Positions 21,788-31,816 of a stretch of 33,424 nt of DNA are shown here, piece after piece; the stretch's first letter is position 1, and every line of letters starts with the position of its first letter. Both the position numbers and the translations under genes were made by a program. The notes under the pieces were generated by a model that worked only from the letters and a program-made list of their open reading frames with translations, did no database searches and was not told the DNA's origin. The stretch covers positions 1-33,424 of the forward strand of contig JBBQQK010000003.1 in the NCBI GenBank assembly GCA_038216025.1, given 5' to 3'. The stretch is from Patescibacteria group bacterium (GTDB lineage Bacteria > Patescibacteriota > UBA1384 > XYA2-FULL-43-10 > 1-14-0-10-43-13).

Positions 21788-23524
21788 CTATCTAATGATA
21801 ATGTTTTGGCCCAATTGGCTGCTCTCTGTAATACTTGAAAAGTTGCCAAGGGACGTCGTTATGTAAGATTCAGCAGACATTAATTTTATTGATGCTGTGC
21901 CTTTTTCGCTGGCTGTTGCCGAAATAACTCCTAATTCTTTTGGGCTATTTATAGAAGAGTTCGTTTGTAGTTCGCAGCCAACTGTGAAAGATTTTTTATC
22001 AATTACTTTCTGAGCTACTTTATTGCAGGCAGCTGAAGGAACAAAATCCTGTATCTCTAATGAGCTGTCGGTATAATCAACTTTAAACATGACGAGACTT
22101 GATTCAATTCCTTTTGAATCAGCGTATAATTTAATGTTTATTTTGTCGCCGGTACTATAATAGCGATCATCTAAAAGAATGTATAAATTGGGCTCGCCTT
22201 TGGCATCTTCTATTTTTGGTTCAATTTGAGGAGATGTATGAGCATAGTCAAACTGACTTGCTGTTACAAATGAGATCAACAAGCATAAGGGGATAATAGG
22301 AAAAAGGAAAAGTGAATTCTTCATTTTAGGTATTAAATTAACCGGCTCAATATTTAGAATTGAACTCCTCATAAGTAGAAAATAAATATAGGCAAGAGAC
22401 ATAAGAAATGTTAGCGAAGTAAGGATAATTAATGAGGGAAAAAAGGCTTTGTTTTCATTAATGATCAAAAAATCTAATATTGTTAGATTTTCAGGGTTAT
22501 TGATTTTATAAAACTTGAATGCATAGCTGTTCTTTTCATATGTAATAAAACCAAAATCATTCGATTTTCCTTCAATATGATCAAAATTATTATTTGACAC
22601 GATGCCCTTAGCTACAAGGTTTCCATTCGATTGGTATCGGCTGCTTCCTTTTGTGATTAGCCCAAAGCTGGTTGGTATGTCGGCCAATAAATTATCATTG
22701 ATGAATTTGCCCGCGTAAACAGCGCCTATCGGACCATATTCTTTGTTGATGGCCTTCCCTGAAAATATGTAAGGATTCTTTTCGTTTGCGGCCGAGATTG
22801 AAGAGTATTCGCCATTGCTTATTGCTTTGCCTGCTTCAGGTATTTCTTTGAAATAATCCGTGCCAATTTTATCCTTGTCGTGGGTGCTGACGATAACCGT
22901 TCCTGTTTTATCAGTAATAACAAAATAAGATAATTTATAGGCAACCATAATGTTTTCAGAATATTTTGAAAGTTTTTCGTACTCTCCATTGGCTAGGTAA
23001 TCTTTGATTGAATCATCAGAGCTAAAAATATCTGCCTTAGTTCTAATGAACTCTTTCTCTTGATTAATTTTATCTTGAAAAGTGGCGGCATCTTTATCGT
23101 ATGATTTTATCAAATTGGCAGTGTAAAGATTTTGAATAAAGATAAACGCCAAGGGGATAATTAATATTATCAAAGCGCCATATAATGTTTTTGATCTGAT
23201 TGATTTGTTGTATCCACTTTTGTCTTGATGCCCAATGAAAAATAATCCGGTAAAAATCATACCCAGTAGAATCATTAGCCACACTTGTGTATTAAAATAA
23301 AAATAGATCACTCCTAAGGCTATTAAAATAAGATACTTGAGGATAAAAATACGCCAGTGCGGCTTGCTCTTCAAGCGAAGAAAAAACAATATACTAACAC
23401 TGGTATAGAACAGCAAAATAGCGGGAATGATTATCAGAAAATAATCGTAGAAGAGTGGTTTAAAAAGAATGAAAAGAACTAATTCGATTGGGTAATAGAA
23501 TATGTGATGGGCAAGATTTTTCAT
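21788..23524 (-). CDS. multi-TM membrane protein with a Cache-like extracytoplasmic domain and a C-terminal cohesin-like domain
   Basis: Several N-terminal TMs, a Cache-like segment (YFVITDKTGTVIVSTHDKDKIG...PIGAVYAG), two more TMs, then TGDKINIKLYADS...KVDYTDSSLEI...GTASIKL. Confidence 0.55.
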   Translation of the reverse strand: MKNLAHHIFYYPIELVLFILFKPLFYDYFLIIIPAILLFYTSVSILFFLRLKSKPHWRIFILKYLILIALGVIYFYFNTQVWLMILLGMIFTGLFFIGHQDKSGYNKSIRSKTLYGALIILIIPLAFIFIQNLYTANLIKSYDKDAATFQDKINQEKEFIRTKADIFSSDDSIKDYLANGEYEKLSKYSENIMVAYKLSYFVITDKTGTVIVSTHDKDKIGTDYFKEIPEAGKAISNGEYSSISAANEKNPYIFSGKAINKEYGPIGAVYAGKFINDNLLADIPTSFGLITKGSSRYQSNGNLVAKGIVSNNNFDHIEGKSNDFGFITYEKNSYAFKFYKINNPENLTILDFLIINENKAFFPSLIILTSLTFLMSLAYIYFLLMRSSILNIEPVNLIPKMKNSLFLFPIIPLCLLISFVTASQFDYAHTSPQIEPKIEDAKGEPNLYILLDDRYYSTGDKINIKLYADSKGIESSLVMFKVDYTDSSLEIQDFVPSAACNKVAQKVIDKKSFTVGCELQTNSSINSPKELGVISATASEKGTASIKLMSAESYITTSLGNFSSITESSQLGQNIIIR

Positions 23525-23526
23525 GG

Positions 23527-25482
23527 TTAGATAAATTCAAAACTATCGATCATTTTTTCCAGTCTTTTTTGATCGTCTGTATTATTGTCATCAATAGTTT
23601 TAAACCATAGCTCAAGAATGAAGCCGTTTGATTGAATAAGATAGGTTGTGCCCATAATCGGGATATTCTCGTCTGGTGTCAATTTTACAGCAATTTTCCC
23701 TTTCCATTCGGTGGCTTCAACCTTGTAAGTAATCTGAGGCTTTAAGTTGCTTACATATTGTTCTAAGCTGGTTTCGGTAATAATTTTCTGCGCTTTGAAC
23801 AAATACCCGTCTTTTCTTATGATCCATATATTATTGCTGCCGACTTGCTGAAGTTTATTGCTGGTATTCTTGGGATAAGTGAAAGAGATTCCTAAGTCGC
23901 TAGCTGTATACATGTCCCATATTGTATTTTCAAATGGAAGATCTGCATAGGCTTCCTTATATCTTTCTTCGGGCGGTTTGCTCATAAGATCGTATGCTTT
24001 AGAGTCGCTGCTACCGCTGTTTTCAATTGCTATATTTCTATTCTGTCTCGCTTGAGAAACATAAGCTTCTCTTAATTGGCCTGCGTTTTTGATTTGATAC
24101 GTAAAATAGGCAGAAACAAATATCAGCAACACTACTGCCGCTTTAACAGCAGTTTTGCCAAGTCCGCCGATTTTTTCTTTATCGTTTTTTTCCTCAATTT
24201 TTATTTGTTTTTGTTTTTTTCCATCGGCTTGCGCCGGGGCTGGTTTTTGTACTGGAGCTTCGGGCTCAGTCTCTTTTGGCGTTTCCTTCTCACCGTTCTT
24301 TTGCTCTATAGTGTTAACCGTGGTATCGGATGTTGATTTTAAATTTTCTTTTTTTTGCTTTTTATTACCCATAGGGAATAGTCCTAAAAACTTCTTAGGT
24401 TTTTTTCCGGGGTAGGGGTCGTTCCCATTCCACTCAATTTTTACAGCCGGAGCAGCTGCAGTCTGAGCGATATTGTTGTTGGGCATGAAGCCGTTTTCTA
24501 GAGCTTCAAGTTCCATTTTTATTTTTTCATATTCATTGAGCTCGGCATCAACCTCATTTTTTACAGCTGCATTTTCGGCTGTAGTTTCAGGCTTTTGTTC
24601 TAGTTGAGTAGGCTGTTCTTCTGTTTTTATCTCTTCTTCTGGTGCTTCTTCAACTTTTGCGACTTCTTCTTTTGCCTCGGGTGTTTCCGCTTTTTTTTCT
24701 TCATTCTTTTCTTCTTCTTTTTCTGGTTGACCAGCGGCAGGTTCATCTTTAGTTTCTGCGGTCGTTTTATCTACGGGCTTGCTCTCGGTGGTTTCTTCTT
24801 TGGTTGCGATAGCGGCAGGAGCTTCTTCTATTTTCTCGGAAACTTTTTCTCCAGCGGAATTTTTAATCGAATCTTCAATTTCTGCTGCTCTGTGAGCTTC
24901 TAAAACAGCTTCTTCCGGACTCTTGTTTTCTGGTTCTTCTGTTTCTTTTTCTTCCTTCTCTGGCGTTTTATCAATTTCGATATTTTTTTCTAATTCGACT
25001 ACTTCTTCTAACTTGTGGACATCTTTGCTCTTTTTTTCAACTTCTTTAACTAAATGTGATTTTCTTTCAATTTTAGACTCTGCTTCTTCGAGAATTTTGA
25101 GTGAATCAGCTACCTTGGACTGTAGCTGAGATGAAGAAAAAATCAAATCATCTTTAAGGGAAGCGATTATGTGCTTTAGGGAGTTGATTTCATAGTGATA
25201 ATTTTTGAGGTCTGCCTTGAGAATAAGATTTTCTTCTTTTAACTTTTCGGCATTAATGCGCTCTTTGTCTTCATTTGTCTTGGCTAGATTCTTTTTTCTT
25301 TCCTTTTCAAGTTTTTCCTTTAAATTTTGCAAATCCAAAAGAGTGCCCTGCGCCTTTTTGAGTTGATTTTCAATGCTTGCTATTTGGCCATCGACTTTAT
25401 CGTCAAAATCAACCTCATGTGATAGAGCAATATTGCCGGAATCACTTCCGGCTATTTTTCCCTCTGCTTTTTCTTCGTTCAT
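23527..25482 (-). CDS. single-pass membrane protein with coiled coil, long acidic low-complexity region and C-terminal PsbP-like domain
   Basis: N-terminal heptad-rich region, an E/K/A/P/T-rich stretch, a TM (AAVVLLIFVSAYFTY), then WDMYTASDLGISFTYPKN...KMIDSFEFI. Confidence 0.55.
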   Translation of the reverse strand: MNEEKAEGKIAGSDSGNIALSHEVDFDDKVDGQIASIENQLKKAQGTLLDLQNLKEKLEKERKKNLAKTNEDKERINAEKLKEENLILKADLKNYHYEINSLKHIIASLKDDLIFSSSQLQSKVADSLKILEEAESKIERKSHLVKEVEKKSKDVHKLEEVVELEKNIEIDKTPEKEEKETEEPENKSPEEAVLEAHRAAEIEDSIKNSAGEKVSEKIEEAPAAIATKEETTESKPVDKTTAETKDEPAAGQPEKEEEKNEEKKAETPEAKEEVAKVEEAPEEEIKTEEQPTQLEQKPETTAENAAVKNEVDAELNEYEKIKMELEALENGFMPNNNIAQTAAAPAVKIEWNGNDPYPGKKPKKFLGLFPMGNKKQKKENLKSTSDTTVNTIEQKNGEKETPKETEPEAPVQKPAPAQADGKKQKQIKIEEKNDKEKIGGLGKTAVKAAVVLLIFVSAYFTYQIKNAGQLREAYVSQARQNRNIAIENSGSSDSKAYDLMSKPPEERYKEAYADLPFENTIWDMYTASDLGISFTYPKNTSNKLQQVGSNNIWIIRKDGYLFKAQKIITETSLEQYVSNLKPQITYKVEATEWKGKIAVKLTPDENIPIMGTTYLIQSNGFILELWFKTIDDNNTDDQKRLEKMIDSFEFI

Positions 25483-25593
25483 TATATTTATTTTACACCA
25501 TTAGGAGTCTCGGATGCAAAGGGATTTCACTCAAAAATCTGTGGAAAAAAGATCATTTGCTCAAAGCAATTCTTGTAAGTATACTTGATACAT

Positions 25594-26520
25594 ATGAAAA
25601 AAATCGCTCAATTATTTATAATTCTTTTTAGCTTTTTATTTGTCGCAATCACTCCTGTTTTAAATAAAGTTAAATCTCAAGACGTGGAGTCCGCTAGCGA
25701 TTATCTGACGGTTACCCCGCCAAAAGTTGAACTTTGGACAGAGCAGGGCAAAGAGATTCATCAGACACTCAAAATAACCAACGAGTCCGACCAGCCAGCT
25801 TTGATAGCCCTAAGTCTTGAAAGCTTTAGTGTCGCCGAATCGGATGGAACGGTGGTTTTAGGGCAAAATTTTTCATTGCCTAATGATATTATTTCATGGA
25901 TAGAATTTGAAAAAAGGGATGCTCATCTAGCGCCAAAAGAGACAAAATATATTAGTTATAATATAAAAACACCGGCCAATGCTTATCCTGGTGGTAACTA
26001 CGCTGCCATCATCGTCTCGATGGATAAAGTCGACAGAAAACCTGAAGATAAGGCAGGGACAGCCAAGGTTGTATCTTTGGTTTTATTGAGCGTGGCGGGA
26101 GACATACGTGATACTGTGGCGGTAGAAAAGTATGAGCACATTACAAGCAAGGCAAAGGGTAATACCAATCACAACTTTGTTCTAAAACTAAAAAACAACG
26201 GCAATAACCATATTCGGCCGAAAGGCATGATCGTGATAACTAATTTCTTTGGAAAAAAAGTGGCAGAGGTTCCTCTTGAAAGCGAAAATGTCTTGCCTAA
26301 TGTTTCTAGAACTTTAGAAACTACCTGGTCACCCAAAGGATTCCATTTTGGTAGATATAATGCGAACCTCGTTGCAACTTATGGGTATAAAGGAGACAAA
26401 CAAATTGCAGAATCAATAGGTTTCTTTATTTGGCCTAATTTGATTACCATCGTGTCTATTATATTGGCTCTTTTTATTGTGGCGATGTTAGCGCTAACCT
26501 TTAAGTCGAAGAGGCGATAG
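25594..26520 (+). CDS. second DUF916/DUF3324-like (WxL-interacting-protein-like) surface protein
   Basis: Visible similarity to 9002..9937 (TPANAYPGGNYAAI; LKNNGNNHIRPKGMIVITNFFGKKVAEVPL; RYNANLVATYG), with signal/TM segments at both ends. Confidence 0.65.
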   Translation: MKKIAQLFIILFSFLFVAITPVLNKVKSQDVESASDYLTVTPPKVELWTEQGKEIHQTLKITNESDQPALIALSLESFSVAESDGTVVLGQNFSLPNDIISWIEFEKRDAHLAPKETKYISYNIKTPANAYPGGNYAAIIVSMDKVDRKPEDKAGTAKVVSLVLLSVAGDIRDTVAVEKYEHITSKAKGNTNHNFVLKLKNNGNNHIRPKGMIVITNFFGKKVAEVPLESENVLPNVSRTLETTWSPKGFHFGRYNANLVATYGYKGDKQIAESIGFFIWPNLITIVSIILALFIVAMLALTFKSKRR

Positions 26521-28171
26521 GGCTGTAAATTTGCTCGATATAATCTTTGAGCATTCGATCGGTGCCAAAGTTTTCTAATATCGTATTGCGAGATGCAACC
26601 ATCTTGTCGGTCCATTTTTTATTGTTCAGGTATTCTTCGTTGTAGTATAGAGGAGTAACTTGGTCTCCAAAGGTTTCCATTAAACTAGCGTTTATGTTGT
26701 CGGAGTCAAGCAAGAATCCAGTTTTGTTTAAATCTATTTCTGGAACCCAGCCATCATTTGTGCTGCAAGGCAGCGTTCCGTTTAACGCTGCTTTCATGCC
26801 GCTTGTGCCACAAGCTTCTAATCCAACGTAAGGAGTATTAAGCCAGATATCGCAACCGGCAATCATTATTTCAGACAATTTTGTACTGTATCCTTCAAGA
26901 TATACCATAGAACCCCTTAGTTCACCCTTGGCAAGATCTCTTAGACGATTTAAAAGCCAATGAGCCTCCTGATCAAAATAATGGGAATAACCAGCGTAAA
27001 TTAGTCTTATCGGTCTTTTATCATAAGAAAGAAGTTCTTTCGCCCGTTCCAAATCGTCAAAAAAACAAATAGGTCTTTTGTAGCTAGCTATTCTTCTTGC
27101 CCAGCCAACAACCAAGTCTGTATCCGCCCATCGGACGCCTGTTTCTCTTCGAACTCTATCTAAAAGTCTTCTTTTATTCTCTAAGTGCAGTTTATTTATT
27201 TCTTCTGTTTTTTCTATTTTGCCCCAACGCTTGATATTAATTCCGTTCGTTATAGGTATCATTGGTGATTCCGGCCATGCATTTTTTGCCATTTCTGCAT
27301 GCAGCTTGCTCACTGCATTAACCTTAGTAGCCGCTCTTAGGGCTAAGTGCGTGGTCGAGAATTTGTCGTCGTTTTTTGGATCAAGTCCTTTTTCAACTAA
27401 TTCTTCGATAGGGATATTAATTTCGTTTGCATAAGAGGTGAGAAGATCGGTTACAAAATCCTGATCAAAAACGTCATGACCGCCAAGTACCAAAGTGTGA
27501 TTGGTAAAAGCGATATGTTTTTTTGCAGTTTCGAAAGCGTCGGAAAATGATATTCCATTTTCGTTTCTTATCACGTTGGATATTTCATAAGACAAAAATG
27601 CGGAATGGCCTTCATTCATATGATAAATTGATGGCTTTATTCCCATTTTACTTAAAAAGCGAATACCTCCGATTCCTAAAATCATTTCCTGTTTAACTCT
27701 TAAATCATGATCTGTAACGTAAAGTGTGTCGGATATTTTGTAGTCAGAAGGATCGTTCTCGTATAAGTTTGTATCCAGTAAGTATATTGGAATAGTGCCT
27801 TCGTCATATAGCCACCCTTGTATATTGATATTTCTTCCTTTGATTGGGACGGTGACTTTTATTCTGTTGCCTAGTTTATCCACAACCGGCTTAAGTCCTA
27901 GATTGATCGGGTCATTGGTGATAGATGTGTCTTCATGGACGTTAATTTGGCACTTTTTTGAATAGAAAAGACCGACGGCTATCATCGGAAAATTTTGTTC
28001 TTTGGCCTCAATCACATAGTCGCCTGCTAATACGCCAAGACCTCCCGCATAAATCGGCAGGTTCTGAGGTGTCGCGTACTCCATACAAAAATAAGCTACC
28101 GGATTGTCTTTTAGCTTCTTATAAGTATCCGAGTACTCGAATCGATTAAACCAATCATTAAAATGTCCCAT
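26501..28171 (-). CDS. glgP: alpha-glucan (glycogen/maltodextrin) phosphorylase, GT35, compact form
   Basis: VAYFCMEY, YAGGLGVLAGD, HMNEGH, FTNHT, ITNG, WARRIASYKR and the PLP-site motif EACGTSGMKAALNG. Confidence 0.93.
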   Translation of the reverse strand: MGHFNDWFNRFEYSDTYKKLKDNPVAYFCMEYATPQNLPIYAGGLGVLAGDYVIEAKEQNFPMIAVGLFYSKKCQINVHEDTSITNDPINLGLKPVVDKLGNRIKVTVPIKGRNINIQGWLYDEGTIPIYLLDTNLYENDPSDYKISDTLYVTDHDLRVKQEMILGIGGIRFLSKMGIKPSIYHMNEGHSAFLSYEISNVIRNENGISFSDAFETAKKHIAFTNHTLVLGGHDVFDQDFVTDLLTSYANEINIPIEELVEKGLDPKNDDKFSTTHLALRAATKVNAVSKLHAEMAKNAWPESPMIPITNGINIKRWGKIEKTEEINKLHLENKRRLLDRVRRETGVRWADTDLVVGWARRIASYKRPICFFDDLERAKELLSYDKRPIRLIYAGYSHYFDQEAHWLLNRLRDLAKGELRGSMVYLEGYSTKLSEIMIAGCDIWLNTPYVGLEACGTSGMKAALNGTLPCSTNDGWVPEIDLNKTGFLLDSDNINASLMETFGDQVTPLYYNEEYLNNKKWTDKMVASRNTILENFGTDRMLKDYIEQIYSPIASST

Positions 28172-28317
28172 ATAGATATTCTACCACAAGCCAAAGATGG
28201 CAAGGCAAGGGGGCGGGTAACATTATTTTCAATTTTCAAAAATTTTGTTTCTTGACGCTTTGTTGTTTTTGGCTCAAAATATAGAAAAGTAATGTATGCT
28301 GAGGGGCAAAATAATCC

Positions 28318-30318
28318 ATGGGAAAAACTTTTAAGGTTTCGAAAGGCATTCCTTATCCATTGGGCGCAACTGTTCAAAAGGGAGGGGTAAATTTTTCAGT
28401 TTTCTCTGAAAATGGGATTGGTGTTGAACTGCTTTTATTCGAGCGGCATGATAGCTTGGAGCCTTTTTTGGTAATAAAATTTGATCCCAATGTTAATAAA
28501 ACTTTTAATATTTGGCATGTTTTTGTTGCCGACATAAACTCTGAATTTTTCTACGGGTATCGTATTGATGGAAAGTTTGATCCGGAAAATGGACATCGGT
28601 TTAATCACAAAAAGGTTTTGATTGACCCTTATTCAAAAGGAATCGATTATGCATTGTGGAAAAAAGAAGATGCCATAAATGATGGAGACAACTTAAGGAC
28701 CTCTTTGCGCAGTGCTATTATAGACACCTCAAACTACAATTGGGAAGGTGATACACTTTTAAAAAAGCCGTTAACAAAAACCGTTATTTATGAATTGCAT
28801 GTTGGCAACTTTACTAAATCGCCAACATCTGGCTGTAAATTCGCTGGTAAATTCAAAGGATTGATAGAGAAAATTCCTTATCTGAAGTCCTTGGGAGTAA
28901 CAGCCATTGAATTATTACCGGTATTTGATTTCAAAAGCGGTGATCCAAAAAATGTTTGGGGTTATGGAACTACCGGCTTTTTTGCACCGGAGAGCTCCTA
29001 TTGCATCGCTTCAAGCGAGGCTTCTCATGTAAAAGAGTTCCGTGATATGGTAAAGGCTCTTCATAAGTCTGGGCTCGAAGTTATTCTCGATGTGGCCGTA
29101 GGCTATACAACGGAAAGCGATGGCAGCGGAACAACTATATCCTTTAAAGGTTTTGACAATTCGGTTTATTATCTACTCGATCCTAATAACAAAGAAAATT
29201 ATTTAAATTATTCTGGTTGTAAAAACACTTTAAACTGCAATCATCCGGTAGTCGCCAAGTTCATTTTGGACTGCTTGGAATATTGGACTAAAGAAATGCA
29301 TGTTGACGGATTCCGGATTGATGAAGCCTCTCTTCTCTCTCGCGACAATAAGGGCAACGTCGAGCCAGGTTCTCATATTCTGTGGAACATAGATCTTTCC
29401 GAAATTCTAAGCGAATCAAAGATTTTTGTTGAGCCATGGGATGCAAGCGGCGGCTATACTGTAGGCGCCTACCCAAGCCAAAGGTTTGTGGAGTGGAACG
29501 ATAAATTTAGAGACGATACCAGAAAATTTGTGAGAGGAGATTCCGGGATAATTTCTTCCATAGCCTCACGATTGACGGGCAGCAAAGATTTATATCTTCC
29601 TGAAATAAAACAACATCAGCGATTTGTAAATTACATCACAGTACATGATGGCTTTACTCTTTGCGATCTTGTCTCTTATAATCAAAAACACAATGAAGCC
29701 AATGGCGAAGATAACAGAGATGGAATGGACCAAAACTATTCTTGGAATTGTGGAGCAGAAGGAGAGGTTAATATAGATTTTGTCCAAGCACTAAGAAAGA
29801 AGCAAATGAAGAACTTTCTAACGCTTCTGCTTATAGCTCAAGGGATCCCGATTATTTCTATGGGCGACGAAATAGCCAGAACTCAAAAGGGGAACAACAA
29901 TGCATATTGCCAGGACAGTGAATTAACCTGGTTTGATTGGAGTTCAATTGAAAAAAATAAAGAGATACTTGAATTTTTCAGAAATTTGATTGGTTTGCGT
30001 AAGTATTACAGCTTCTTCAATGATATTGAAAGTAAATCAATCAAGTTTCATGGTTGTAAGTTAAACTGTCCCGGTTGGAATGACGTGGCTTCAAGGGTTT
30101 TGTCGTCTACGATAGATCGAGAAATTCAAGTGATAATCAATATGGAAGACAAGGCGCTTGAATTTGAGTTATTGCCTGTGGAGAAGAGTTGGTATGAATG
30201 TATAAATACTGCTGCAAAAGAAGTAGGGGCCTGTCTTCCGGGCCGCGAAAAGTCCCTAGGAGACAGGTTAAAGTTAACAGTAGAAAGTAGAAGTGTTGTT
30301 GTTTTAATTGCCAAATGA
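28318..30318 (+). CDS. glgX: glycogen debranching enzyme / isoamylase (GH13)
   Basis: PYPLGAT..GVNFSVFS, VIYELHV, WGY, DGFRID, EPWD, HDGFTLCDLVSYNQKHNEANGEDNRDG and GNNNAYCQD. Confidence 0.93.
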   Translation: MGKTFKVSKGIPYPLGATVQKGGVNFSVFSENGIGVELLLFERHDSLEPFLVIKFDPNVNKTFNIWHVFVADINSEFFYGYRIDGKFDPENGHRFNHKKVLIDPYSKGIDYALWKKEDAINDGDNLRTSLRSAIIDTSNYNWEGDTLLKKPLTKTVIYELHVGNFTKSPTSGCKFAGKFKGLIEKIPYLKSLGVTAIELLPVFDFKSGDPKNVWGYGTTGFFAPESSYCIASSEASHVKEFRDMVKALHKSGLEVILDVAVGYTTESDGSGTTISFKGFDNSVYYLLDPNNKENYLNYSGCKNTLNCNHPVVAKFILDCLEYWTKEMHVDGFRIDEASLLSRDNKGNVEPGSHILWNIDLSEILSESKIFVEPWDASGGYTVGAYPSQRFVEWNDKFRDDTRKFVRGDSGIISSIASRLTGSKDLYLPEIKQHQRFVNYITVHDGFTLCDLVSYNQKHNEANGEDNRDGMDQNYSWNCGAEGEVNIDFVQALRKKQMKNFLTLLLIAQGIPIISMGDEIARTQKGNNNAYCQDSELTWFDWSSIEKNKEILEFFRNLIGLRKYYSFFNDIESKSIKFHGCKLNCPGWNDVASRVLSSTIDREIQVIINMEDKALEFELLPVEKSWYECINTAAKEVGACLPGREKSLGDRLKLTVESRSVVVLIAK

Positions 30319-30374
30319 TAATATATAAACACAATTGAAAAAGGTAAATTACTCTTTTTGGAGTGGGATTTTTT

Positions 30375-31814
30375 ATGATAAACAAGAGGTTTACTTTCTT
30401 TAAAAAAAGGCTCGGAGGACTGATCGGTAAGATTGGTCAAAAAAGCAAGAAGCTTGCTAAGGTTGAGCCCATAGAAAAGAAGGAAAGCTTAAAAAAACAA
30501 ATAGAGAAAAACGATAAGAAGGTCCTAATGTTTGGTTGGGAGTTGCCTCCTTTTAACAGCGGCGGTCTTGGTGTTGCTTGTTACGAAATGGCTCAGTCTA
30601 TAGCTAAACAGAATACCGACATTACATTTGTCCTTCCTAAAAAGCAAGCCGTCAGCTCTCCCTTTATGAAAATTTCGTTTGCTAGGAATAAATTAGAAAA
30701 TGAAAAAGAAATTTCCGATTTTAGATTCAAGAATCAATTGAATAAAAAAATTGACCTAAAAAGAGTTGATACCTTGTTATCCCCATACTTAACAGAAGAG
30801 TCTTATCGTAACAATCTGGCAAAATTCTCCAAGCTCTCTGTGTTCTGGAGATGGCTAGGCTTGCGTAATCCTAACAGTATTTATGGCGACAATCTACTTG
30901 CTGAAGTATTGAGGTATGGTAGATCTGCGGCAAGTATCGCCAAGGTGGAAAAGTTTGATGTTATTCACGCGCATGATTGGCTGGCTTACCCCGCTGGAGT
31001 TACTGTCAAAAAAATCAGCAAGAAGCCACTTGTGGTCCATGTTCACGCTCTTGAATACGATCGGTCTTCGGAAGATTCTGTTGACCCTAGAGTTTGTGCT
31101 ATTGAGAGACTGGGCTTTGAAAATGCTGACAAGGTTATCGCTATCAGTAATTACGTCAAAAATCGCATAATGCGTTATTATCAAGTTGCTGAAAATAAGA
31201 TTGAAGTTGTTCACAATGGTATTACTATATATAAGAAGCCTCAAAAGAAAATATCGCTAAAAATGATTAAAAATGGTAACAAAAAAATGGTTCTTTTTGT
31301 TGGAAGAATCACCTACCAAAAAGGGGTAGACTACCTTATTAAGGCAGCTGCTAAAGTTATAGGCGTAAATCCTGACGTTGTCTTCATGATTGTTGGAGCG
31401 GGCGATATGCAATATCAAATTATTGATCAAGCCGCCACGCTAGGCATTTCTGATAAAGTCTTTTTTCCTGGTTTTTTGCGAGGTGAAGAGTTGGAAAACA
31501 TATATCGAGCAGCAGATGTTTTTGTTATGCCATCCGTTTCAGAACCATTTGGTCTGGTTGCCTTAGAGGCTATGGTAAATAAAGTTCCGGTTATCATCTC
31601 TAAGCAATCGGGGGCTGCTGAAGTAATCGATCACGCCTTGAAAGTCGATTTTTGGGACACAGACGAGTTGGCCAACAAAATAATTGCCTTGGCAAAACAC
31701 GGTGCTTTACGCCGTTCCCTTTCAGATATGGGTTATAAGAATGCTGAAAGATGCAGTTGGGATGATGCGGCTACGAAGTTATTGAAGATTTACGAAGGAC
31801 TTGTTACAGTATAG
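30375..31814 (+). CDS. GT4 glycosyltransferase (probable alpha-glucan synthase)
   Basis: VLMFGWELPPFNSGGLG, VIHAHDW, FVGRITYQKG and MPSVSEPFGLVALEAM. The start is uncertain (30363 GTG, 30375 ATG or later). Confidence 0.88.
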   Translation: MINKRFTFFKKRLGGLIGKIGQKSKKLAKVEPIEKKESLKKQIEKNDKKVLMFGWELPPFNSGGLGVACYEMAQSIAKQNTDITFVLPKKQAVSSPFMKISFARNKLENEKEISDFRFKNQLNKKIDLKRVDTLLSPYLTEESYRNNLAKFSKLSVFWRWLGLRNPNSIYGDNLLAEVLRYGRSAASIAKVEKFDVIHAHDWLAYPAGVTVKKISKKPLVVHVHALEYDRSSEDSVDPRVCAIERLGFENADKVIAISNYVKNRIMRYYQVAENKIEVVHNGITIYKKPQKKISLKMIKNGNKKMVLFVGRITYQKGVDYLIKAAAKVIGVNPDVVFMIVGAGDMQYQIIDQAATLGISDKVFFPGFLRGEELENIYRAADVFVMPSVSEPFGLVALEAMVNKVPVIISKQSGAAEVIDHALKVDFWDTDELANKIIALAKHGALRRSLSDMGYKNAERCSWDDAATKLLKIYEGLVTV

Positions 31815-31816
31815 AT

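Noticed and set aside
21788-23524. Candidate for the missing subunit a
   Set aside because: No recognisable a-subunit motif (RLFGN-type helix with the essential Arg), it is on the opposite strand, and large soluble domains dominate.
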